Source: Synergistetes bacterium HGW-Synergistetes-1
Lineage (GTDB): Bacteria; Synergistota; Synergistia; Synergistales; Synergistaceae
Direction of reading: 5' to 3'
DNA length: 64,000 nucleotides
Assembly (NCBI GenBank): GCA_002839185.1
Contig: PGXO01000004.1
Span: forward strand, 276,806 to 340,805
Positions 46,762 to 56,953 of this stretch are shown piece after piece; the stretch's first letter is position 1; every line of letters begins with the position of its first letter. Position numbers and translations under genes: made by a program. Below the pieces are notes generated by a model. It did not search any database and was not told the DNA's origin. It saw only the letters and a program-made list of their open reading frames with translations.

Positions 46762-48474
46762 ATGTACATTTCACTTTATAGAAGATACAGACCCCAGAAA
46801 TTTTCTGAAATGGTAGGACAGAGTGCAGCAGTAAGCGTCCTCCGTGAAGCTTTAAAAGAAGGTCACCTTGGTCATGCATATCTCTTCTCAGGTCCGCGTG
46901 GCTGCGGTAAAACATCTGCTGCCCGTCTTGTCGCAAAAGGACTCAACTGTCAAAATCTCGGATCAGACGGTGAACCATGCGGTGAATGCGAAGCATGCAA
47001 AGCGATCGCCCAGGGTGAGCATCTTGATGTTATAGAGATAGACGGCGCATCAAACAGGGGCATCAATGAGATCCGTGACCTAAAGAGTCATGTCAACCTC
47101 AAGCCACTGATCGCCCCTTATAAAGTGTATATAATCGACGAAGTCCATATGCTTACCGAAGCAGCTTTCAACGCACTTCTGAAGACTCTGGAAGAGCCGC
47201 CCGCTAACGTGGTCTTTCTTCTTGCAACGACTGAACCCCACAAGGTGCCGGTTACGATCAGGTCAAGGTGCCAGCACATCCCTTTCCACAGGATATCCAT
47301 GGCGGACATGGTCAACAGAGTCTCGTATGTCTGCACCACCGAAAATATCCAGGCCGACATGGAAGCAGTGTGGGAAATTTCAAGGCAGGCAGACGGTGCA
47401 CTTAGGGATGCGCTGTCACTTACTGAACAGGCTGTTTCTCTTGGAAAGGGAAATCTTACCCTTGAAAGCGTTAAGGCTCTGACAGGTGGAAGCAACAGGA
47501 CAGAACTGGAAAAATGGGTAATAAACCTCCGCCTTGATCCCAATGAATCAAACTCAGCACTCCACGCAATGCTTGGCAGGGGTATTTCAGTAGAGAGGCT
47601 TACGGAATCTCTTTTTGCAGTATTCAGGGACATGTGGATATTCTCCCTTTGGGGAGAAAAGGGAATGGAAGCCCTTGAGATATCTGAAGAAGAGGGCAAG
47701 TTCCTCAGGGAAGAAACTCCGCATTGGAATGCAGAAAAGCTTAGGTCCGCCTGCATTTTCTGCAACAGCCTATTGCCAAGGGCAAGGTATGGCATGCGCA
47801 TGGAGGTTTTTTCCGGACTGATAATGTTAGAGCTGGTCAACATCATCGAGGGGAAAAATGATACTTTGTCTTCGGTTCTGGAAATCATCAAACCTCAGGA
47901 GAGATTACGATCAGCAGAGACAGAGCAGCCAAGACCGGACCACATGGTCCGGCAGGCGGAACCGACAGCGAATGTCCATAAGCCTCTCACTGAAAGAGTT
48001 GCGGATATTCCGCCTTTGCAAGCCACAGAAGCGGCCTCTTTTGAAGAGCTGCCGGACAAGAACTATGCAAAACTCCTTTCAAAGCTTGGAAACAGGGGGA
48101 TAGCAATTGGGGCAGCTCTGCTGAATAACGGCATTTTAATAGAAGATTCAGAATGGAAACTTGATTCCGATGTTCACTCACCATCACATACATATCTTAT
48201 GGTGCCCCAAAACCGTAAGCTCCTTTCGAAGGCCCTGGAAGAACTTTGTGGGGTAAAAGACCCGGCCGGGAAGGAAAATTCTGCGGTGATGCCCGAAAAC
48301 CTTCCTGTTGAAAACCGAGTCGGGGAGGATAATTCAAATATCCGCGACAAAGCTCCAAAGGGATCACTCATTGCCGACACTGACAGAATCATAAAATTGC
48401 TTGGGGCTGAAGTTCTTTATGTCAAGGATGCGAACGGAGATAACGAGACTGATGATTTTGGGAGCGCTGACTGA
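46762..48474 (+). CDS. dnaX: DNA polymerase III subunits gamma/tau
   Basis: GPRGCGKTS Walker A, zinc module CQNLGSDGEPCGECEAC, DEVHML, SRC motif. Confidence 0.95.
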   Translation: MYISLYRRYRPQKFSEMVGQSAAVSVLREALKEGHLGHAYLFSGPRGCGKTSAARLVAKGLNCQNLGSDGEPCGECEACKAIAQGEHLDVIEIDGASNRGINEIRDLKSHVNLKPLIAPYKVYIIDEVHMLTEAAFNALLKTLEEPPANVVFLLATTEPHKVPVTIRSRCQHIPFHRISMADMVNRVSYVCTTENIQADMEAVWEISRQADGALRDALSLTEQAVSLGKGNLTLESVKALTGGSNRTELEKWVINLRLDPNESNSALHAMLGRGISVERLTESLFAVFRDMWIFSLWGEKGMEALEISEEEGKFLREETPHWNAEKLRSACIFCNSLLPRARYGMRMEVFSGLIMLELVNIIEGKNDTLSSVLEIIKPQERLRSAETEQPRPDHMVRQAEPTANVHKPLTERVADIPPLQATEAASFEELPDKNYAKLLSKLGNRGIAIGAALLNNGILIEDSEWKLDSDVHSPSHTYLMVPQNRKLLSKALEELCGVKDPAGKENSAVMPENLPVENRVGEDNSNIRDKAPKGSLIADTDRIIKLLGAEVLYVKDANGDNETDDFGSAD

Positions 48475-51400
48475 TGAGTGACAGACCATTTGTTCATTTG
48501 CACGTCCACAGTGAATACAGCCTGCTGGACGGCGCAAATAAGTGTGATGACCTTGCATCGGCTGCTGTCGAAATGGGAATGGATTCCATTGCAATTACAG
48601 ATCACGGAGTCATGTACGGATGTGTGGAGTTTTACAACAAATGCAGGGCTAAGGGAGTAAAACCTATTCTTGGATGCGAGGTCTATGTCGACCCTAACGG
48701 CTACACCTGCAGGGAGGGCAAAAACCAGTACCACCTTATACTTCTTGCCGAAAATGAAGAGGGATACCATAACCTCATGAAGATAGTCTCTGTTGCGAAC
48801 ACAGACGGCTTCTACTATAAACCAAGGATCGACCATGAACTGCTCTCGAAATACAGTAAGGGGATAATTGGTGCCTCTGCCTGTCTTGGCGGAGAGATAC
48901 CGGGACTGATACTGAAAGGTGACACGGATGGCGCATTATCCAGAGCTGCACTTTACAGAGACATCCTTGGTGAAGGAAATTTCTTCCTTGAGCTGCAGCA
49001 CAACAGCATCCCTGAGCAGGCCATCGTCAATAAAAGTTTGATCGAGATGGCAAAAAAAGGAAATTATCCTCTGATAGCAACAAACGACGTTCACTACATG
49101 CGTAAAACAGACGCGGAGTGGCATGACGTCCTGCTTTGCGTCCAGACAAACAGTAATGTAGATGATCCGAACAGGTACAGGTTCAGGGGAAATGATTATT
49201 ACTACAGATCGCCCCAGGAAATGTGGGACTTGTTCGGCACAGATATCCCTGAATGCCTTCTCAATACGCAGAAAATTGCAGACAGATGCGATGTAAAACT
49301 TGAGATGGGACATTATTACCTTCCTGAATTTCCGCTTCCCGAGGGTGAGACCCTGGAGTCTTATCTGCGCAGGACAGCAGAGGCGGGTCTCAAAAAGAGA
49401 CTTAAAAGCGATTCCCCTCCGGAAAATTATATTGAACGCCTTTACTACGAACTCGGCGTAATTGAACAAATGGGATTTCCAGGCTATTTCTGCATAGTTG
49501 CGGACATCATCTCCGCTGCTAAGGACAGGGGCATACCGATCGGCCCCGGAAGAGGATCCGCAGCAGGTTCAGTGGTGGCCTGGTCACTTGGCATAACAGA
49601 CCTTGATCCTATCAAATACAATCTGCTCTTTGAACGTTTTCTTAATCCGGAACGCATAAGCATGCCTGATATCGATACTGACGTCTCCGATAAAAGAAGG
49701 GACGAACTTATAGAGTATATAGTGCAAAAGTACGGCAGTGACAGGGTAGCACAGATCATTACCTTCGACCGGATGAAGAGTAAGGGCGCGATCACGGATG
49801 TTGGCAGGGCATTAGGAATGACTGTTCCTGACGTTAGGAGAGTCACGAAGCTGATACCCGATTCACTTAAATCCGGGATTACCAACATAGGCGAGGCGCT
49901 TGCAGGAGTCCCTGACCTCAAGGCCATATACGATACTGAACCTGCGGTAAGGAAACTCCTCGACATATCAGCTAACATAGAGGGGATTTCAAGACACTGT
50001 TCGCAGCATGCCGCAGGCGTCGTCATTACTCCTAAACCTATAATTGAAATGGTCCCGGTGAGAAAATTCGGAGAAAACCAGATAGTGACACAGTATTCAA
50101 TGGATCCTGTTGAAAAGCTGGGGCTTGTAAAAATGGATTTTCTTGGGTTAAGGACGCTTTCTGTTATTGAGGGGGCGCTGGAAAATATCAAGTCCAACGG
50201 CAAAGGGACCATAGACCTCGAAGAGATACCGATGGATGACCAGAAGACATTCGAAATGCTTCAGCGTGGTGACACCCTGGGGGTATTCCAGCTCGAATCC
50301 AGCGGTATGACCGCACTGGTCATAAGGATGAAGCCTGACTGTTTTGAAGACCTGATAGCCCTTGTCGCCCTTTACAGACCGGGACCGCTGGAAAGTGGAA
50401 TGGCAGACCAGTATGTAAGGTGCAAACACAAGGAAGAACCGGTCCACTTCCTCCATCCGGCACTTGCAGAATCTATGAAGGAGACTTACGGAGTCATCCT
50501 GTACCAGGAACAGGTCATGCAGAGCGCGTCCGCACTTGCAGGCTACACTCTTGGGGAAGCCGACCTCCTCAGGAGGGCAATGGGAAAGAAAAAAGTCGAG
50601 GTCATGGCTGAACAGCGTGAGAAATTCATCGGCGGTGCAGTCAAAAACAATGTAGATGCAAGAAAAGCCGGAGAGATCTATGACATCATAGAAAAATTTG
50701 CGGGATATGGATTCAACAAGTCTCACAGCGCGGCCTATGCCCTTATAAGCTACAGGACCGCCTGGCTCAAAGCCAATTACGGGCCGGAGTTTCTTGCTGC
50801 GTATCTTTCCAGCATAGTTGGATCCAAAATGAGCATACTGGGGCAGTATATAAGAAGTGTGAGAGAGGCCGGTTTCTCCGTATTGCCCCCTGATATTAAT
50901 GAATCCAAAGAAGATTTCTCTGCATCGGGAGAGATAATAAGGCTTGGGCTATCTGCAGTTGCAAAGGTAGGACACAGCGCAGTAAAAAACATCATAGAAT
51001 TGCGTGATAAAGAGGGTGCATTTCAATCCTTCTGGGATTTCTTCCTGAAAATAGACACGCGGGTGGTAAACAGAGGCGTAATAGAGAACCTCATAAAATC
51101 CGGAGCCTTCGACAGCCTTGAAAAAAACAGGGCAAAGCTTCTTAACGCGCTGCCTTCGTTTCTGGAGTACGCGTCAAAAAGGTGTACTGATACCAATCAA
51201 TGCTCTCTTTTCGACAATGTTGAGGATGCTGTGCTCGACCCGGTGATGGATGAATGTGAAGATTTTTCTGTCAGGGGAAAGCTCGATTTTGAAAAAGAGA
51301 GCATGGGGCTTTATATTTCAGGTCACCCTTACGATAACTATTTCCCCATTATCAAGAACTATATCAACTGCTCATTCTCAGATATGCAGCTCTGGCAGGC

Positions 51401-51893
51401 CGGTAACCAGCAGGTCGTCACAGCCGGTCTGCTTACTTCATATAAGGAGCGCTATACAAAAAAAGGAGACCCTATGGGAGTCCTGGATTTTGAGGATTCT
51501 GAAGCAACTATCGAAGCTGTGATGTTCCCGAAACAGTGGAGCAAATACAAACCAATTCTGAATATAGGAGCTCTTTACTTTATCAGGGGACAGGTGAGAC
51601 AGGACAGGGGACTTTCCATACTTGCCGATGAGGTATACCCTGAAGAAGATTTTCAGTTGTTCCTTGTGCCACATGTTACAATTACTGTTGAAGCGGATGG
51701 ATTGGGAGAGGTTTTTTATGGAGATCTCTGCAAACTGCTTCGCAAACATCCGGGAAAGTATGACGTACTGCTTAAATTAGTTAATTCTGAACAGACAGTT
51801 GTCTCCTTGCTCAAGTCGATCAAGGTAGACCTTAACGAGAAACTGTGTGCGGATATCATAGATCAATCAAAGGGCAGGGCATATTGTTCCTGA
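48474..51893 (+). CDS. dnaE: DNA polymerase III alpha subunit (DnaE type)
   Basis: PHP domain HLHVHSEYSLLDG, polymerase core GPGRGSAAGS ... MPDIDTD, OB-fold C-terminus. Start overlaps the dnaX stop (TGATG). Confidence 0.96.
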   Translation: MSDRPFVHLHVHSEYSLLDGANKCDDLASAAVEMGMDSIAITDHGVMYGCVEFYNKCRAKGVKPILGCEVYVDPNGYTCREGKNQYHLILLAENEEGYHNLMKIVSVANTDGFYYKPRIDHELLSKYSKGIIGASACLGGEIPGLILKGDTDGALSRAALYRDILGEGNFFLELQHNSIPEQAIVNKSLIEMAKKGNYPLIATNDVHYMRKTDAEWHDVLLCVQTNSNVDDPNRYRFRGNDYYYRSPQEMWDLFGTDIPECLLNTQKIADRCDVKLEMGHYYLPEFPLPEGETLESYLRRTAEAGLKKRLKSDSPPENYIERLYYELGVIEQMGFPGYFCIVADIISAAKDRGIPIGPGRGSAAGSVVAWSLGITDLDPIKYNLLFERFLNPERISMPDIDTDVSDKRRDELIEYIVQKYGSDRVAQIITFDRMKSKGAITDVGRALGMTVPDVRRVTKLIPDSLKSGITNIGEALAGVPDLKAIYDTEPAVRKLLDISANIEGISRHCSQHAAGVVITPKPIIEMVPVRKFGENQIVTQYSMDPVEKLGLVKMDFLGLRTLSVIEGALENIKSNGKGTIDLEEIPMDDQKTFEMLQRGDTLGVFQLESSGMTALVIRMKPDCFEDLIALVALYRPGPLESGMADQYVRCKHKEEPVHFLHPALAESMKETYGVILYQEQVMQSASALAGYTLGEADLLRRAMGKKKVEVMAEQREKFIGGAVKNNVDARKAGEIYDIIEKFAGYGFNKSHSAAYALISYRTAWLKANYGPEFLAAYLSSIVGSKMSILGQYIRSVREAGFSVLPPDINESKEDFSASGEIIRLGLSAVAKVGHSAVKNIIELRDKEGAFQSFWDFFLKIDTRVVNRGVIENLIKSGAFDSLEKNRAKLLNALPSFLEYASKRCTDTNQCSLFDNVEDAVLDPVMDECEDFSVRGKLDFEKESMGLYISGHPYDNYFPIIKNYINCSFSDMQLWQAGNQQVVTAGLLTSYKERYTKKGDPMGVLDFEDSEATIEAVMFPKQWSKYKPILNIGALYFIRGQVRQDRGLSILADEVYPEEDFQLFLVPHVTITVEADGLGEVFYGDLCKLLRKHPGKYDVLLKLVNSEQTVVSLLKSIKVDLNEKLCADIIDQSKGRAYCS

Positions 51894-51924
51894 CGAACAA
51901 AAGCAGACGAGAGGAGAGGTATTC

Positions 51925-52167
51925 ATGCCTCAGAGCGAGAGCGAAGGACGCCTCACCGGTGGAGATTATATCGCGGTGAAAGCGCTTGAGAACGGAGTTA
52001 CAGTCATAGGTGTAACGAGAGGTGCCGAGAACAGGTTTCTGCACACTGAGAAACTTGACGAAGGGGAAGTATGGATCGCCCAGTTTACAGAACACATATC
52101 GGCAATGAAAATCAGAGGCTCTGCCACTATATTGACAAAACACGGTGAGATCAAGAGCGGAAAGTAA
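51925..52167 (+). CDS. mtrB: trp RNA-binding attenuation protein (TRAP) homologue
   Basis: 80-aa ORF. Residues 14-80 align colinearly with B. subtilis MtrB as I recall it ([54 protein letters not shown]), at roughly two thirds identity by eye. The RNA-contact Lys/Lys/Arg positions are conserved (EKLD, MKIRG). Confidence 0.85.
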   Translation: MPQSESEGRLTGGDYIAVKALENGVTVIGVTRGAENRFLHTEKLDEGEVWIAQFTEHISAMKIRGSATILTKHGEIKSGK

Positions 52168-52185
52168 AAGGTGTATGAACCTATT

Positions 52186-53943
52186 ATGAAAAGATTAGAG
52201 AGAAAAGTTAAAATAATTTGCACAATGGGTCCGGCGTGCTGGGAGGAGGAAATCATCACTCAGCTTGTGAACTCAGGGATGAATGTTGCTCGTCTTAACT
52301 TCAGCCACGGAGATTATGCATCGCATACAAGGACTATAGACAATGTCCGCAAGGTCGAAGCCACACTTCGCAGGCCAGTCGCAACAATTCTCGACACAAA
52401 GGGTCCTGAGATCAGAACCGGCATGCTGCCAAATCATGAAAAGATCCTGCTTGAGTCGGGTAAAGAATTCTATCTTTTTTTTGAGCACGTTGTGGGGAAC
52501 GCAGATGGAGTATATGTAGATTATCCTGATCTCTATAAGGAGGTCTCTGTTGGTCAGGAAATATTTATAGACGACGGTTCTATTCTTCTGTCAGTGGAAG
52601 CCCTTGACCCCGCAGCGATCAAATGCCGTGTTCTGGTTGGCGGAGAACTTGGTGAAAAGAAGGGCGTCAACGTCCCGGGAGCGAACCTTTCAGTACCGAC
52701 ACTTACAGATAAGGATATTAGCGACATCAGATGGGGTGTTGAGCACAAAGTTGACTATATAGCTGTTTCTTTCGTCAGAGGAAAGGAAGATATCATTGGC
52801 GTAAGAAAAGTTTTGGAGGAAAATTCGGGCGAATCAAAGATAATCGCAAAGATAGAAACAAGACACTCGGTCGAAAATATAGATGAAATACTTGCTGTCG
52901 TTGACGGAATAATGGTCGCTAGGGGTGATCTTGGTGTAGAAATGCCCACCGAGGATGTCCCTATGGTACAGAAAGAGATAATCGAAAAATGCCGCTCACA
53001 GGGAAAGCCGGCTATAGTCGCAACTCAGATGCTTGATTCAATGATCCGTAATCCAAAGCCAACGCGGGCAGAGGCAAGCGATGTCGCCAATGCTGTAATA
53101 GACGGTGCAGATGCAGTTATGCTTTCAGGTGAAACAGCAAGCGGCAAATATCCTGTTGAATCAGTAAAGATAATGAATAAAATATTAATGAGGACAGAAG
53201 AAAACCTCAGGGAATGGCAAAGGACACCTAAGATCTTTTTCAACTGCGGAGAGATAGCGGATGCTGTAAGCCGTGCTGCACGGGATATTTCCGAAACAGT
53301 ATGTGCTGCTGCTATCCTTTCATTAACGAGGAGCGGGTCAACAGCAAGAATGGTGAGCAAATACAGACCTGACTGTCCGGTCATTGCTCTGACACCATCA
53401 TTTTCAACATGGCGTGAACTGGCGCTTGTCTGGGGAGTATATCCACTGGTTTGTCCATTCACTACAGATGTAGAAGAATCTGTTTCAAATTCTCTCTCCT
53501 TAGTCCAGGAAGAAGGGCTTATTAAAGGCGGAGATAACGTAGTGTTCACATCTGGGATCCCACTTGGAGTTCCGGGCAGTACTAACTTAGTTCAGGTCTA
53601 TACTGTTGGAGAAATAATTGGGAAAGGACTTTCGCTTATAAAAAGAAAAGTCAGAGGGGTCGTTTGCAAGGCAGAGAGCTGCGAGGAAGCAAATGAGAAG
53701 GTAACACCTGGTTCGATCCTGGTCGTAAGAAAAACTGACAGGGGGTTTATCCCCTCCATGGAAAGGGCTGCAGGCGTCGTCAGTGAAGAGGACGGTTTTT
53801 CCTGCCATACTGCAGTTGCCTCTTTAGATATGGGACTTCCGGGAATTGTTGGAGTTTCCGGGATATTTGATGCGGTCGAGGACGGTATGTTAATTACTCT
53901 TGACGGGATACGCGGCGTTGTTTATCTGGGGCGGAGCCAGTAG
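52186..53943 (+). CDS. pyk: Pyruvate kinase with a C-terminal PEP-utilizer mobile domain
   Basis: KIICTMGPA, MVARGDLGVE, extra ~100-aa C-terminal domain as in Bacillus-type Pyk. ATG 52186 is preferred (aaggtg upstream); the ORF-maximal start is GTG 52171. Confidence 0.93.
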   Translation: MKRLERKVKIICTMGPACWEEEIITQLVNSGMNVARLNFSHGDYASHTRTIDNVRKVEATLRRPVATILDTKGPEIRTGMLPNHEKILLESGKEFYLFFEHVVGNADGVYVDYPDLYKEVSVGQEIFIDDGSILLSVEALDPAAIKCRVLVGGELGEKKGVNVPGANLSVPTLTDKDISDIRWGVEHKVDYIAVSFVRGKEDIIGVRKVLEENSGESKIIAKIETRHSVENIDEILAVVDGIMVARGDLGVEMPTEDVPMVQKEIIEKCRSQGKPAIVATQMLDSMIRNPKPTRAEASDVANAVIDGADAVMLSGETASGKYPVESVKIMNKILMRTEENLREWQRTPKIFFNCGEIADAVSRAARDISETVCAAAILSLTRSGSTARMVSKYRPDCPVIALTPSFSTWRELALVWGVYPLVCPFTTDVEESVSNSLSLVQEEGLIKGGDNVVFTSGIPLGVPGSTNLVQVYTVGEIIGKGLSLIKRKVRGVVCKAESCEEANEKVTPGSILVVRKTDRGFIPSMERAAGVVSEEDGFSCHTAVASLDMGLPGIVGVSGIFDAVEDGMLITLDGIRGVVYLGRSQ

Positions 53944-54785
53944 TGGCTCTTATAGGAGCTCACATATCAACTGCGGGAGGCCTTCACAAAGCATATCAGA
54001 GAGCTGACGCAATTGGCTGTGAGTCAATGCAGATATTCACGAGGAACCAGCGTCAATGGCTAAACAGACCGCTCTCATTTCAGGAGATCGAGGATTTTTA
54101 CATAGCATCTAAACAAAGCTCAGTCAAAAAAGTGGTGTCTCATGCTTCTTACCTGATAAACCTTGCAGGTACAGACGCTACACGAGAAAGAAGTGAAGAA
54201 GCGCTGATCAGTGAGCTGGAAAGGTGTAATAACCTAAGTATCGGCGATGTTGTCCTCCATCCCGGATTTGCGGTCAATGGGACCCGGGAAGAGGCTTTGA
54301 AGCAGGTATCTGCATCTCTCCGGAAAGTGCTCAATCTTACCTGTGAGATGAAAGTAAGGATCTTGCTTGAGACCATGGCCGGACAGGGTTCAGTGCTTGG
54401 CGGTGACGTGGCTCAGTTTTCCGGCCTTCTTGATCTTTTGGAAGATGATCCCAGGATAGGTTTTTGTGTGGATATTTGCCACGTTTTTGCAGCAGGTTAT
54501 GAGATAAGGACTTACGAATCATATAACAGGCTGGTAGGAATACTCCAAAAGAATGTTGGCCTGGAAAGGATACATTGTTGGCATCTTAGTGACAGCAAGA
54601 TGGAAAAAGGAAGCAAAAAAGACAGGCACCAGCACCTGGGAGAAGGAACTATAGGGCTTGCCCCCTTTTCAATGCTGGTAAACGATATAAGGTTTGAAGA
54701 TGTTCCGGCAGTACTTGAAACGCCCAAAGAGGGAATGGGTGATGAGGGGAATCTTGCGCTGCTCAGAAAACTCAGGGGAGAGTAA
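53943..54785 (+). CDS. nfo: Endonuclease IV (deoxyribonuclease IV)
   Basis: GAHIS, HASYLINL, VLHPG, LETMAGQG, CVDICH, HLSDS metal-ligand blocks. Confidence 0.93.
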   Translation: MALIGAHISTAGGLHKAYQRADAIGCESMQIFTRNQRQWLNRPLSFQEIEDFYIASKQSSVKKVVSHASYLINLAGTDATRERSEEALISELERCNNLSIGDVVLHPGFAVNGTREEALKQVSASLRKVLNLTCEMKVRILLETMAGQGSVLGGDVAQFSGLLDLLEDDPRIGFCVDICHVFAAGYEIRTYESYNRLVGILQKNVGLERIHCWHLSDSKMEKGSKKDRHQHLGEGTIGLAPFSMLVNDIRFEDVPAVLETPKEGMGDEGNLALLRKLRGE

Positions 54786-54813
54786 GTGATAATAGTAAAA
54801 GGAGGTGGTACCA

Positions 54814-55644
54814 TTGCCGTTTTTTGATTTGCGCTGGCAGGATATCCCTGACATTTTTATTGTTGCCTTTATTATATACAGAGTTCTTTTGCTCCTGGTC
54901 GGAACTCGTGCCATGCAGCTCATACGAGGTGTAATGATCATAGGACTGATCGGCGCTTTAGCTAACATCCTTGAACTGAGAAGCCTTTCTTGGATGATTG
55001 GAAAACTTTTGAGTGCTTTCATTATTGTAATCCCCATCCTGTTCCAGCCTGAACTGAGGCACATGCTTGAAGAACTTGGCAAGGGGCACCTGTGGAAAGT
55101 TGACAACAATGAAGAGATGGTAGACATAAAAGCCGATAACCTCACCAAGGCTATGCTTTACTGCAAATCTCAGAGGATAGGAGCTCTTTGTGTACTTCAG
55201 AGAAACACAAGTCTTAAAGAGGTATGGAGGACAGCTGTTTCTCTCAAGGCAGACATAACAGAGGAATTGATGGTATCGATCTTCTGGCCTGGCACTCCCC
55301 TTCACGACGGTGCGGTAGTCATAGACCAGAATAATATCATAGCAGCTGGATGTTATTTGCCGCTCACAGAAAAGACTGACATTTCAAGATGGTACGGAAC
55401 CAGGCACAGAGCTGCCCTCGGTGTTACAGAGATGTCTGATGCTCTTGCTATAGCTGTTTCTGAAGAACGAGGAGAAATCACAGTTGCAGTTGGCGGCCGG
55501 CTCTCAAAACCATTGAGCGAGGTCCAGCTCAGAAGTATATGCGGCCATTATTTCAGCTATGAAGGCAGAGGTTCCAACTTCATGGACAGGCTGAGAGAAG
55601 AGATCGTTCAGCAGTGGCCGGGGAGTGTTCCAAATGAAGAATAA
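54814..55644 (+). CDS. cdaA: Diadenylate cyclase CdaA (DisA_N domain)
   Basis: Three N-terminal TM helices, DGAVVI, GTRHRAALG, SEERG. TTG 54814 lies 8 nt after aaaggagg; the ORF-maximal start is GTG 54805. Confidence 0.92.
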   Translation: MPFFDLRWQDIPDIFIVAFIIYRVLLLLVGTRAMQLIRGVMIIGLIGALANILELRSLSWMIGKLLSAFIIVIPILFQPELRHMLEELGKGHLWKVDNNEEMVDIKADNLTKAMLYCKSQRIGALCVLQRNTSLKEVWRTAVSLKADITEELMVSIFWPGTPLHDGAVVIDQNNIIAAGCYLPLTEKTDISRWYGTRHRAALGVTEMSDALAIAVSEERGEITVAVGGRLSKPLSEVQLRSICGHYFSYEGRGSNFMDRLREEIVQQWPGSVPNEE

Positions 55645-56947
55645 TAACAATAGCAGCAGCGGCAGCTCAAAGGACGTTCGGAGAATGCAGGATATAGCTA
55701 AAAGATATATTGAAAGGCTGAATCGCTGGATCAATATACGTGGAACGGGAAGACTTAGGTCTAACCTTGGTCTTTTTACCGTTTCTCTAGTAATTTCACT
55801 TATGTTGTGGGCTTTTGTCGCATGGGACGGAAATAGCGACGGAACTCGTTCGATGTCTGCTAACATTGAGTATGTGAACCTCCAGAGGGGGTACTCAATG
55901 TTCGACAATTCAAGAAAAGTAGAAATTAAGCTGGCAGGAAACCTCAATGCTCTTTCCAGGGTCGAACAGACTGACATTTCGGTCAGGGTAGACCTCCAGG
56001 GACTGCAGCCGGGCAAATACAGCCTTCCGATAAGCATCAGCACACCGTCCTTCGTAAGGCTAAGAAGCTGGCAGCCCTCAACAGCTGATGTTGAAATATA
56101 CAGGCATGTAGAGCGTACGGTGAGTATATCTTACAGGGTCGAAGGAAATATACCTGAAGGTATGGTCATATCATCTTCAAAGATCCTTCCCAAGGAAGCT
56201 GTGATAAGCGGTCCTGAATCTGATGTTCTTGCCGTTCAGGCTATTGAGACAGTTATTCCAGGCTCTAAGATCAAAGACGGTGAGAGCATGATGCTCCCTG
56301 TTACAGTAGCAAATACTTCCGGAAGTGCCGATCGGATCACCATAACCCCGAAGAAGGTCGGAGTGACTGTCACTCTCGAAAACGAGATACTGAGAGAGAG
56401 CATACCTGTCGAGGTCTCTGTTGTCGGAACACCTGCCGAAGGATATGAGCTTGACACTGTGAAGGTAATACCAGAGAGCGTAGCGATCAAGGGAAAGAGT
56501 ACTGCTGTGAAAAAGATGACATCCCTTGTTTTGCCGCCGGTGGATATATCCGGGCTTGATCAGAATCTGAACCTTATGCTTCCGCTCCAGCCTGTTGAAA
56601 TAACGCCTGAGATAGAGATAAGCGGCCCTGAAAGGGCAAGAGTAGAAATATATATTCGAAAAAAAATTGCGGATAAGACATATAACAATGTTGGGGTCAT
56701 GACTGAGGGGGCTGTACAGGGGAGAGAATGGAAAATTTCTCCGCAGTCTGTAAAGCTGACTATCCAGGGTACAAAGGCAGATGTTGATGCACTTCAGTCG
56801 GGGTCTGTGCCTTGTGATCTTTACGTAGACGTATCCAATATAGTTTCAAAGCAGCTAAATCTGCCGGTACTTGTAAAGAATCTAAGATCTGATTTCAAAG
56901 TCCTAAGGATAGAACCTGAACAGGTAACAGTAACAGTAGTGGATTAA
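55634..56947 (+). CDS. cdaR: CdaA regulatory protein CdaR (YbbR-domain repeats)
   Basis: N-terminal TM anchor, then repeated YbbR-like beta modules. Canonical position after cdaA. ATG 55634 lies 8 nt after ggggag. Confidence 0.85.
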   Translation: MKNNNNSSSGSSKDVRRMQDIAKRYIERLNRWINIRGTGRLRSNLGLFTVSLVISLMLWAFVAWDGNSDGTRSMSANIEYVNLQRGYSMFDNSRKVEIKLAGNLNALSRVEQTDISVRVDLQGLQPGKYSLPISISTPSFVRLRSWQPSTADVEIYRHVERTVSISYRVEGNIPEGMVISSSKILPKEAVISGPESDVLAVQAIETVIPGSKIKDGESMMLPVTVANTSGSADRITITPKKVGVTVTLENEILRESIPVEVSVVGTPAEGYELDTVKVIPESVAIKGKSTAVKKMTSLVLPPVDISGLDQNLNLMLPLQPVEITPEIEISGPERARVEIYIRKKIADKTYNNVGVMTEGAVQGREWKISPQSVKLTIQGTKADVDALQSGSVPCDLYVDVSNIVSKQLNLPVLVKNLRSDFKVLRIEPEQVTVTVVD

Positions 56948-56953
56948 AGACAT

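Noticed and set aside
46762-48474. Programmed frameshift site in dnaX (gamma/tau)
   Set aside because: No A AAA AAG-type slippery heptamer or long A-run with a downstream hairpin was seen by eye. This cannot be excluded without a systematic scan.
51880-51960. TRAP autoregulatory site around its own start (GAGagGAGag ... GAGcGAG)
   Set aside because: Only four GAG triplets in two pairs separated by 15 nt. This is far short of the 9-11 triplets of known sites.
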